Source: Alphaproteobacteria bacterium
GTDB lineage: Bacteria; Pseudomonadota; Alphaproteobacteria; MPNO01; UBA830
Length of the DNA: 64,000 nucleotides
Direction of reading: 5' to 3'
NCBI GenBank assembly: GCA_964291215.2
Contig: OZ219791.1
Coordinates: 2,048,001-2,112,000, forward strand
Shown: one piece after another, positions 30,505 to 39,557 of the stretch
Layout: each line of letters starts with the position of its first letter
How positions within the stretch are numbered: position 1 is the first letter of the stretch
Notes under the pieces: model-generated
Databases searched by the model: none
What the model was told of the DNA's origin: nothing
Seen by the model: only the letters and a program-made list of their open reading frames with translations
Position numbers and translations under genes: made by a program

Positions 30505-32640
30505 ATGGAATTCGACATGCTGGCCAATGCCATTCAGGCGGCCCAGAATATGGCCAGCTTGGAACGGCTGGGTTTTCTTGCATTCGGAGTGCTTATCGGC
30601 CTCGTGCTGGGCGTGATTCCCGGCCTCGGCGGCCTCGTCGGCCTGTCGCTTCTGCTGCCCTTCACCTTCAACATGGACCCCTACACCGCGCTTGCCTTCA
30701 TGATGGGGCTGCAGGCGGTGGTGGTGACGTCCGACACCATACCGGCGGTGCTGTTCGGCGTGCCGGGGACGGTCGGGTCGGCAGCGACGATTCTCGACGG
30801 CTACCCCATGGCGCGCAAGGGCGAGGCGGGCCGCGCCTTCGGGGCGGCGTTTTCCGCATCCGTCATCGGTGGCCTCTTCGGTGCGTTCTTGCTCGCGATA
30901 AGCGTGCCCGTGCTGAGGCCGATCGTCCTGGCCATCGGCTCCCCGGAACTGCTCGCGATCTGCGTTTTCGGGCTGTCGCTCGTCGCCGTGCTGTCCGGCG
31001 GTTCGCCGCTCAAGGGGCTCGCCGGCGCCTGCGTAGGCCTGATGGTCGCCACGGCGGGGGATGATCCGCAAACCGGCACCCTCAGATGGACATTCGATTC
31101 GCTCTATCTCTGGGACGGACTACCGGTGGTGCCGCTGGCCCTCGGTCTGTTCGCCATTCCCGAGCTCGCCGACATGGCGATCACCAAGCAGTCGATCGCC
31201 GTCGACGGCAAGACGCAGGATGCCCGCTTCGGACAGATGCGGGGAATTCGGGACACGCTGCGCAACTGGTTCCTGGTGCTCCGTTGTTCGTCCATCGGCT
31301 CCTCGCTTGGCGCGGTCCCCGGCATCGGCGCCTCGGTGATCGACTGGATCGCCTATGGCCACGCGGCGCGCTCGGAGAAGGGGGCGGCGGAGAACTTCGG
31401 CAAGGGCGATGTGCGCGGCGTCATCGCGTCCGAATCCTCCAACAACGCCAAGGAAGGCGGCGCGCTTGTGCCGACGATCGCCTTCGGCGTTCCGGGCTCG
31501 GCTTCGATGGCGCTCATTCTCGGCGCCTTCCTCATCCATGGCCTCGTGCCCGGCCCCGACATGCTGACCAAGAACCTCGACGTGACCTACACGCTGGTCT
31601 GGTCAGTGGCGATCGCCAACATCATCGGCGCCGGAATATGCTTCGCCTTCGCCAATCAGCTCGCGAAGGTGGCTCTGGTGCGCATCGGGATTCTTGCTCC
31701 GGTTGTGCTTGCGATCACCTATGTTGGCGCCTTCCAGGGATCCCGGCAATGGGGTGACATCTACGCGCTCCTCCTCTTCGGCCTGCTCGGATGGGTGATG
31801 AAGCGCTTGCGCTGGCCGCGCCCGCCGCTGATCCTCGGATTCGTGCTCGGCGCCCTTATCGAACGCTATATGTTCATTTCGATCGAGCGCTATGGCGCGG
31901 AATGGCTCTGGATATGGCGCGACATGGGCAATGGCGACGTGATTTTCACACCCTATGTGCCGATCATATTCGCGGTCACGCTGTACGGCGTCCTGATGCC
32001 GATCTTCCGCGGCTACCGCGCACGAGCCAAGGTTACCCGCGACGATCGGAAATTCGGGTTCCAGCGCGAAGCGCTCAATCCCGATCTGGCCTTCGCCGTG
32101 CTGCTGTTCGTGCTGTTTGCGACGGCGCTCGGGATCTCCTCGGGCTGGGAATTTGGCGCACGGCTGATTCCCTTTGTCGTATCGATTGCGGCGATGATCT
32201 TCCTTGTCTGGCTTATCCTCTCGGCACTGTTCATCGCGCCGGGGGAACCGGTTCCGGTCGAGCAGGAGGGCGTTCCCGGCCGCGGCGAAGGCGGCACGGC
32301 GCCGGTACAGAGCGATGTGCATTTCGACATCAGCGCCGATTACGGCGATCTGCCGCCGGCCGAGATCACGCGGCGGGTTGTCCGTTACTTTGCTTGGCTG
32401 CTGTTCTTTTTCGGATCGGCTTCGCTTGTCGGGCTGCTGCCTGCGATGATGCTGTTTCTCGTCTGCTACATCCGCTTCGAGGGTCGTGAACGCTGGCTGA
32501 CGACGTTTGTCATCTCGGTGCCGATCTGGGTGATCAGCTATCTGCTGTTCCACAAGCTCCTGATCATTCCTTGGCCGCAGACGGTACTGGGCGACATCTA
32601 TCCCGTATTGCGGACGATCCCGGAACTCAACATGTTCTGA
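30505..32640 (+). CDS. tctA: tripartite tricarboxylate transporter TctA with fused TctB-like C-terminus
   Basis: GVPGT, LDGYPMARKGEAGRA, ESSNNAKEGG, PPLILGFVLG, plus ~200 aa of extra membrane region. Confidence 0.85.
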   Translation: MEFDMLANAIQAAQNMASLERLGFLAFGVLIGLVLGVIPGLGGLVGLSLLLPFTFNMDPYTALAFMMGLQAVVVTSDTIPAVLFGVPGTVGSAATILDGYPMARKGEAGRAFGAAFSASVIGGLFGAFLLAISVPVLRPIVLAIGSPELLAICVFGLSLVAVLSGGSPLKGLAGACVGLMVATAGDDPQTGTLRWTFDSLYLWDGLPVVPLALGLFAIPELADMAITKQSIAVDGKTQDARFGQMRGIRDTLRNWFLVLRCSSIGSSLGAVPGIGASVIDWIAYGHAARSEKGAAENFGKGDVRGVIASESSNNAKEGGALVPTIAFGVPGSASMALILGAFLIHGLVPGPDMLTKNLDVTYTLVWSVAIANIIGAGICFAFANQLAKVALVRIGILAPVVLAITYVGAFQGSRQWGDIYALLLFGLLGWVMKRLRWPRPPLILGFVLGALIERYMFISIERYGAEWLWIWRDMGNGDVIFTPYVPIIFAVTLYGVLMPIFRGYRARAKVTRDDRKFGFQREALNPDLAFAVLLFVLFATALGISSGWEFGARLIPFVVSIAAMIFLVWLILSALFIAPGEPVPVEQEGVPGRGEGGTAPVQSDVHFDISADYGDLPPAEITRRVVRYFAWLLFFFGSASLVGLLPAMMLFLVCYIRFEGRERWLTTFVISVPIWVISYLLFHKLLIIPWPQTVLGDIYPVLRTIPELNMF

Positions 32641-32729
32641 TGCCGGGGCGGCGACACGGGAACGAAAGGGGCAGGACCGTCCCTTCCTCCGACCCGGCGG
32701 CCGGTGGATCGTGTGGGAAGGGCTGCACT

Positions 32730-33311
32730 ATGTTCGAGTCTGTCTCGTCGTTTCGTGCCGGTCTCGGCATGTGCCGGGTAGCGATGCTCCTGGCTGTGGG
32801 TGCGGTGCTTGCCGCCACATGCTCCCTTGCTGAGGAAAGCGGGTCCGTTCTGGTCCGCACCGTGGCGCCGCTCGATGAACCGCGCGGCCTCTGCATCGAC
32901 ATTCCAGGTCATCGCGACCGCGTCAGGGTCAGCGCGGCCCTCGTGGTCCATAGCTGCAAGTGGGGGATGTGGAATTTCGACGAACGGTTCGACCGCGCCG
33001 CGCTGGAGCGGGGGCGTCTTCGCATGCCCGAATACGGCCTCTGCGCCAGCGCGGCGGAAGCGGCCGCAGGTGCCCGCGTCATGCTGGCGGAATGCGGCAG
33101 TTCGCAGCTCCTGGCGTGGAAATTCTCAGGCGGGCTTCTGCGCCTCGGCGCCGAACCCGGGCTCTGCATCACGGTCGGGCCGGAGGCTTCCGAACTCACG
33201 CCGGGCGGCCAGCGCCTGCCGTCGCGGCATGTTGCGCGCTCGCTTGGTCTCGAACCTTGCGGAGATGCGGCGCGGGACCGGCAGCGATGGACGCTCGCCC
33301 CGCCCGGATAG
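32730..33311 (+). CDS. secreted ricin-B/beta-trefoil lectin-like protein
   Basis: Signal-like N-terminus; PLDEPRGLCIDIPG, YGLCASA, GLCITVG, QRW Cys/Trp repeats. Start uncertain. Confidence 0.6.
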   Translation: MFESVSSFRAGLGMCRVAMLLAVGAVLAATCSLAEESGSVLVRTVAPLDEPRGLCIDIPGHRDRVRVSAALVVHSCKWGMWNFDERFDRAALERGRLRMPEYGLCASAAEAAAGARVMLAECGSSQLLAWKFSGGLLRLGAEPGLCITVGPEASELTPGGQRLPSRHVARSLGLEPCGDAARDRQRWTLAPPG

Positions 33312-33393
33312 TGCATTCGACGGACGGAGGGGGGTGGTCCCGGAAGACTCCCCGGCGCAGTCCGTTATCGGCGCGTGTTCCCCCGGTGCGAAT

Positions 33394-34341
33394 TCAGGCG
33401 GTTCTACCGACCGGCCACGGCTTGTCGTCGTGGATTGCAGGGCGGGTTGTGATCTCCTCGCCGATATTGATCACCATCAGGTCGTAGCCGATTTCGACTG
33501 CGCCCCGGTAGCCTTCCCGAATCTGGTCGAGCGCCGGGCCGACGACGTCATTGTTGTTGTACATGTGGTAGATGACGCCCAGGCGCGGACGGGTCGCGGC
33601 GAAGACTTCTCCGGCCTCGCGTGGCGAGGTGTGATAGATCTCGGAGATCTTCCTTGCAATCTCGATCGGACGGTTCGATTTTTCGGCGTAGAGTTCGGCC
33701 GGTGGAAAGGCCTCGTGGATGAGGAGGTCGCAGCCGGCGGCATGTTCGATCAGTGCGTCGCATTTCTTGGTATCGCCGGAGAAGACGAAGACGCGCTCTC
33801 CGTATTCGATCTTCATGCCATAGGTATTCTGCGGTTCGGTGTGGATGACCTTGAAGGCGGTGATGCGAACGCCCCCCTGGTCGAAGCCGTCGTAGATCAC
33901 CCCGTCGCGGTCGAATTCGACACAGGTTACCTCGTGGCCGCCGGGTGGCAGCGCGTCGAGACGCGTTTCGATGTCCCAGGCATAGATGCGGCGCAGCCCG
34001 TCGACAATGTTTGCCGTACCCGGCGGTCCCCATACCTTGAGCGGCGTGCGGCGGCCGTAGGTCCATCCGCCAATCCAGAAGTGATCCAGGCCGCCGATAT
34101 GGTCGACATGGTGATGGGTCACGAAGACCTTGTCGACCGCCGTGAACGGGGTCTCCAGCGAGGTGAAGTTCTGCGGAACGCCGGGGCCGCAATCGAGCAG
34201 GAATTTCTCGTCTCCGGCTTCGACAAACACGCCAGCGCAAGCTTGGCCCCGCCGTGGAAACGGTGTACCGGTGCCGAGGAGGGTGACGCGGATCTCGTCA
34301 TCGGCCAGCGCCTCGCCGGGCGAAAAGGCATTGTCGCTCAT
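33394..34341 (-). CDS. MBL-fold metallo-hydrolase (RNase Z/AtsA-like)
   Basis: TLLGTGTP, LLDCGPG, THHHVDHIGG, FSGDT, LLIHE, YHTSP. Confidence 0.88.
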   Translation of the reverse strand: MSDNAFSPGEALADDEIRVTLLGTGTPFPRRGQACAGVFVEAGDEKFLLDCGPGVPQNFTSLETPFTAVDKVFVTHHHVDHIGGLDHFWIGGWTYGRRTPLKVWGPPGTANIVDGLRRIYAWDIETRLDALPPGGHEVTCVEFDRDGVIYDGFDQGGVRITAFKVIHTEPQNTYGMKIEYGERVFVFSGDTKKCDALIEHAAGCDLLIHEAFPPAELYAEKSNRPIEIARKISEIYHTSPREAGEVFAATRPRLGVIYHMYNNNDVVGPALDQIREGYRGAVEIGYDLMVINIGEEITTRPAIHDDKPWPVGRTA

Positions 34342-34473
34342 GTTCGTTCCTCCGGTATTTGTTCAGCGGATATCGCCGCTGGTGGCCACAGGACTCGTGA
34401 TGGCGCACAGGCGGGAACGGACATCTGCGGCCCATGTCGGGCATAGTGGCCGCGTATCCCGGCGCACCGGCCA

Positions 34474-35613
34474 TCAGAAAAGCAGATGCCCGCTCTTTTC
34501 TGCCTTGACGGCCAGATAACGTTCATTGTGCGTGTTCGAAGGAAAGGTGTGGCTCACGCGTTCGGTGATTTCGACGCCGCATTGCTCCAGTTGGGCGACC
34601 TTGCGCGGGTTGTTGGTCAGCAGCCTGATGCTGCCGAACCCGAGCTGGCGCAACATTTCTGCGGCGGCAGCGAACTCCCTTTCGTCGTCCTCGAAACCGA
34701 GCCGCTGATTGGCTTCGACGGTATCGAATCCCTGGCTCTGCAGCGCATAGGCTCGGAGCTTGTTGGTCAGCCCGATCCCGCGGCCCTCCTGCGCCAGGTA
34801 GAGGAGGATACCGGAGCCCTCCTTCGCAAACAGTTCGAGCGCGCCGCGAAGCTGGTCGCCGCAATCGCACTTGAGCGAGCCCAGCAGATCGCCCGTGAAG
34901 CACTGTGAATGGAGCCGTACCAGCACCTCGTCGGGCGGCGAAGGGTTGCCGACGATGATGGCCAAGTGCTCGACGCCGCCGTCTCCGGGACGAAAGACCA
35001 TGATACGGGTGTTCTCGGAACAGGAAAGAGGTACCTGTGCTGCCGCGATGCGTTTGAGAGCGGTTGCTGTGTCGACATCATAACGGCCGATATCGGCTGC
35101 GGCGACGCTGAGGAAGTCAGCTGTCGCCTCTGGTTCCCCGCTTTCCGAATCGAGGCTTACGCACAACGTGGACGGCAGGAGGCGCGCAAGCTTTGCTAGC
35201 CGGATGCTGGCAAGAGCGGCGTCGGAAAGCGATGCGCGTTCCGCGAGAAACGGGCCCCGCATCGGGTCTGCGAGATCGAACTGCGGGTCGGCGAGCTGGC
35301 GGATCTGGCCTGCGGTCAGCCAGTCGGGATAGGGCAGGGAGACTGCTCCCTCCGTGTAGAGCCGTATCTTGAGCGTTTCTGCCCGGTGATGGGTCAGTAA
35401 AACCCGTGGATCGGACTCATCTCCAAGGGCGCGGAGCGCGTCAATCCGATCCTGAGTCGCAAGCTCGCTTGCCAAGACAAGCACGGTCCGGCCTTCGGCG
35501 TCGCCGACGCGGACGATCCGGCCGCACCGAAGCTCGAAGACGGCGCGTTCGACCTGCACGAGAGACGAATCCTGTCCGTGCAGGGTGCGGCCGGGATCTG
35601 TGTCTCGAATCAT
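34474..35613 (-). CDS. ribA: GTP cyclohydrolase II
   Basis: VRLHSQCFTGDLLGSLKCDCGDQL, QEGRGIGL, LLTNNPRK, KSGHL; start set at MIRDTD. Confidence 0.93.
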   Translation of the reverse strand: MIRDTDPGRTLHGQDSSLVQVERAVFELRCGRIVRVGDAEGRTVLVLASELATQDRIDALRALGDESDPRVLLTHHRAETLKIRLYTEGAVSLPYPDWLTAGQIRQLADPQFDLADPMRGPFLAERASLSDAALASIRLAKLARLLPSTLCVSLDSESGEPEATADFLSVAAADIGRYDVDTATALKRIAAAQVPLSCSENTRIMVFRPGDGGVEHLAIIVGNPSPPDEVLVRLHSQCFTGDLLGSLKCDCGDQLRGALELFAKEGSGILLYLAQEGRGIGLTNKLRAYALQSQGFDTVEANQRLGFEDDEREFAAAAEMLRQLGFGSIRLLTNNPRKVAQLEQCGVEITERVSHTFPSNTHNERYLAVKAEKSGHLLF

Positions 35614-35829
35614 GGGCGCGGCGCCGGGGCGAAGCCTGAAAAACGTTTCTGATACTGACAACCACTCTTCGCCAGATCCGGGCCGACGATGACGATGTCT
35701 TTTCGGCGGAAATCGGCAGACATGGCGGAAGGTCGAGTGGCTCGATAGTACGGCACCCTCCGCACGGGCGCAATGTCGAGCGCCGGCCCGGGCAGGTGTT
35801 TCCCACGCTGCATTCAATTTTGCTGTCTT

Positions 35830-36420
35830 CTGCTGTCCGGAGGTTTCACAGCGTGCCGGGTTTTCTGGCTTCGGGGCCGTCCGCGGTCGTCGCCGGCGGC
35901 GTTGCCGGCGCGTGGGCGGGTTGTTTTCGGGATGTAGGCGGGTTGTGGGCGGCGTCCGGGAATCAGCCGGACACCATTGGCGCTCAGGGCTGCGACGGCT
36001 TCCCGGCGGTCGAGCCGCCGCCGTGTTTCGGCGAGGCCCTCGCGTCGGTTGGCGAAGATCACCGCGAGCGCGATGTTGTCGAGGCTGGCGCGGTTTGCGG
36101 GTCAGGCAGGCGTCCTCGCCGAAGACGCAGTCTCGGTGGTTCATGTTTTCCACAGCCCGCGGCCGCAGCAGTTTCTCTGGCGACGCGTGTTGCGCATCGA
36201 GCGAGGTGATGATGTACCGGTGTGGTCGTTGCCGCTCGCTGCGCCGCTGGCGCTCTTTCCCGGCGGCTCGCGGTAGCATGCGGGCGATCTGCCGGGGTAG
36301 TTGATCAGGTCCTCGAGCGGCACGTATCGAGCGCTGCTCGAGGCGTCCGTGGGTCTTGTCGAACTCCTCCTTGAAGCGGCCGGTCGGCGGAAATCCGGAA
36401 GTGGCAACACAAAACCGGAC
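35830..36420 (-). pseudogene. ISAs1-family transposase remnant
   Basis: DKTHGRLEQR, YIITSL...SPEKLL, AVENMNHR...FGEDAC. Confidence 0.75.
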
Positions 36421-36462
36421 GGACGGCCGAAACCGGCGCCCCGGACGAGATGGCGATCGCGA

Positions 36463-36512
36463 GTACGCATCGTCGCCTGGAACTGCGGCGGCGCGTTTCA
36501 TAGGAGGCTTGA
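36463..36512 (+). pseudogene. N-terminal stub of an endonuclease/exonuclease/phosphatase (EEP) gene
   Basis: VRIVAWNCGGAFHRR ends at the IS1634 left TIR. Confidence 0.55.
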
Positions 36513-37860
36513 CCCAAGTTGGCATTTTTTGCGTCAGTTGAAGCCAAAATTTATGCAGCAGCCTCACTCGATATACTATATGTTATTATTTTTTTTATAT
36601 TTTATACTATATTTGTGATTTCCTGTCCGGGGTGGCCGATGTAGTGCCAGAATATTGCCGCTTCGCTCGACCCCGCCGCCAAACCCGGTATATCCGGAGC
36701 CTCATCAACACAAAAGGCTCCAGACAACATGTTCATCAGGACAACCAAAACCCGCAGCACCGCAGACGGCAAACCCGTCCACCGGCTCGTGCTTTCTCAG
36801 CGCATCGGCGACAAGGTCAGGCAGCGCACGCTGCCTCGGTACCGACCATCCGGTGGCGCGCAAGAACCGGAAGGAGGTTGCCGCCGAAGCGCTGGCCGCC
36901 CGCCGCTGTTCGAAGCCGCGTGCAGGCCGCAGGACATCGTCAACAGGGGCCCGGAGGTTCCGCGCCGACGCTCTGGAGGGAGACGCACGCAAATTGCGAC
37001 CGTCAACCTCGACAGCCTCGAGAACCCGCGCTCGGTCGGCTGCCTGTGCCTCGAGGCGCGATCTCGGCTTCACGACCTCGGCATCACGAGTGCGCTGATC
37101 GTCGCCAGGATGATCCGCCAGCGAGCGCTGACTGCGCGATGACAGCGCGGAGCTTCTGGAGCGCAAGTCGCGCAAGACGCTGTACCGCATCGGCGACCTG
37201 CGTCACCGGGCCGCCAGGAACTGTTCAACCGCGAGCGCGCGCTGCATCCCCGACACCATCGCCTTTTACGACCTCACCAATGTTCACGGCCGCGCCGACG
37301 GCAAGCTCCCCTGCTTCGGGCGCTCGAAGCGCAATGATTGCCCCACGCTGGCGCGGCGCGGGCTTTCGGCGCAGTTGCGAGGTCTTGCGGGGCAACGTGA
37401 CCGGGCACGGATGCGCTGCCGAGGCTGGAGGCGGGCGGCGAAGCCGACGGCAGTCATGGACGCCGGCACCGAGGCGAACATCGCGTGGCGAGCACGGCTG
37501 AATCGCGGTCAGCGCCGCCCGAGGGTGGGTCCGAGGCTGATCACCAACCACGAGGTGCAGGCGCCTTGCCAGCGAGGATGGCGCGGCGTGGAGAGCAGGA
37601 AGAGGGCCGAGGACGCCATTCCTGACCGCAGGGCTTCGAGGCGGCGCTGGAAAAGCTTCATGACGGCCTCTCGGCCAAGGGCCGGCTCAAGCGCCACGAC
37701 AAGGTGCTGGATAGCGGTCTCAGGCAGCGCTTCTCCACCGTCGTCCGGCACTACGAGATCACCGTCGAGAAGGCCGGCGCCAACGCAACTGCCGTGCGCT
37801 TCAGCCACAGACGACAAGACAACGCGGGCGCCTGCGCACCAGCGACCGGGAGACCGTCCT

Positions 37861-39209
37861 TATATGACCAGGTTTTGTCCCCTTGATGATGAAATCATCC
37901 ACAGCAGTTGGGGGCGGGAAAATGTGGATAACCTCGACTATGGGAGAGCTATGGTTGCAGAGAGATTCCGCTCCCCTGTGTGAGAACGTACAGGGGAGCG
38001 GGGATCAAACGATCTCCGCGGAGGTTGCCGTTCCGTCCTTGGCTTTATAGAGCCGTTCCCGAGCGTGGCAACCTCCTTTGGCGTCCCTCGCATGGATGCT
38101 TGGGTTTGAACCGTATCATCATAAGGCGAGGAACGATGGTCAAGGTAGTAGCAGGGGTCAGCCAGTCTGGACATCTGGGGCGTCGTTTTACGAACGACGC
38201 CACGGGCACGTGGCTTCGCAGCCTCGAGGTAACCCGTGTGGTGGGCGACAGGTCGCTATCACCGCAAGGAGTGTCTTCATGACCGGGGCTTCGAGGTTGT
38301 CCTGCCCGTTGAGGGCTTCGCCGAGGCTTTGGGCCAACCGCGTTGACGCCAAGATCGGCACGGTGCGATCTCGAGCCTGTGGCCCCTCAGGAAGCCTTCC
38401 TCAACTGCCTGGGGGATCTCCTGGTGCCGCGCTTGTCGACGTGCGCACCAAGCTGAGGCAAGTGGCAGATGAGGTGGATGGCGAGACCGTCACAAGGGCT
38501 TCGGCGGCCGATCTCGATGATTGCCAAGCTGGATGCAGTGATCAAAGCGGTGATCCCGAGCAGAGGTACCCTGACCTCGATCCAGTGACCGCCGCAGCCC
38601 TTCTTTGTTGGATGCCCGAACTCGGCAGTCTCGACCGTCGTCAGGCGGCAGCCTTGATCGGGGTGGCGCCGATGGCCACGGTACTCGGCATATCCGAGGC
38701 GGGCGCCGGAGGCCGCGTGATCTCCTGTTCATGGCCGCGACCTCGGCAGCACGCTTCAACGCGGATCTGGTGCGCCACAAGGCCCACAAAGTCGCCATTG
38801 TCGCCGTGATGCGCAAGCTCTGGCGAACACCTTGCTGCGACAGCAGCGTTGCTGGTCGACCGAAGCACCGGTGAGTGAGCGAAGGAGACACGGTCCTGCC
38901 GAGAGCGCGATCGGGACTGTCTCGACAGTCTCCCTACTACGACACGACTTGAGGAGAATGTCTGCAGATCATCGTCGAGGCCGACATCGAGGAGATCGAA
39001 CCGCCTTGGGACACCTGGAACCCGGACGGTCACGTGCCCGGGGACGGCAAGGTAGCCGCGTTCACGTGACCAATGGACGGCAACCCGCCGCCGGGACCAC
39101 AAGCTTCATGTCGCCTCGCTCGCAGGGCAAATCCCACACCGCTTGTGGACAACCACAGAAAACATCACCGCAGACACCCGCAAAAACCTTGCCAGGAAAC
39201 ATGGATGCT
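37861..39209 (+). mobile_element. IS110-family element copy 2, flanked by duplicated CT core
   Basis: CT at 37859-60 and 39208-09; recombinase remnant from ATG 38136. Confidence 0.9.
37968..38135 (+). ncRNA. IS110 bridge RNA, copy 2
   Basis: 5' hairpin 37968-38001; TBL 38020-38076 (guides TTCCGTCCT and TCCCGAG); DBL 38082-38135 (guides ATGGATGCT and ATAAG). Confidence 0.85.
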
Positions 39210-39557
39210 CGGGACATGGATATCGAGGCCACCTTCCGTTCATTGAAATCCGAGCCCGGATTGCGCCCGGCCAGCGCATCGCCGCCCACCTGTTGATCGC
39301 CGTGCTCGTCGCGGTGCATCTAATCCCCGCGCGGGGCATCGACAAGTGCTGGACATCAATCCGCGAGAGCATGCGGAACCAGGGTCACCACGCGCCTGCG
39401 CGCATTGATCGTCAACCGACAGGACACGCACCGCCGGGGTCGCCGAAATCTCCTCGGCGGCTGGCGTCGAACCCACCGCACAAGGAGCCGCCTCACAAGC
39501 TGACAGAATTCAACAGAATGTAGTGCCATGTTGCAATCGGCCGACAAAAAAATCGTG

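Larger units (their letters stand above)
36513..39554 (+). mobile_element. IS1634-family element copy 2 (right end lost), hosting an IS110
   Basis: Left TIR CCCAAGTTGGCATTTTTTGCG; MFIRTTKTRSTADG...SQRIGDKVRQRTL; direct repeat of 21572-25835. Confidence 0.88.

Noticed and set aside
35614-36567. 697-aa RibA fusion protein
   Set aside because: The extension reads through a decayed ISAs1 remnant; RibA similarity begins near 35613.
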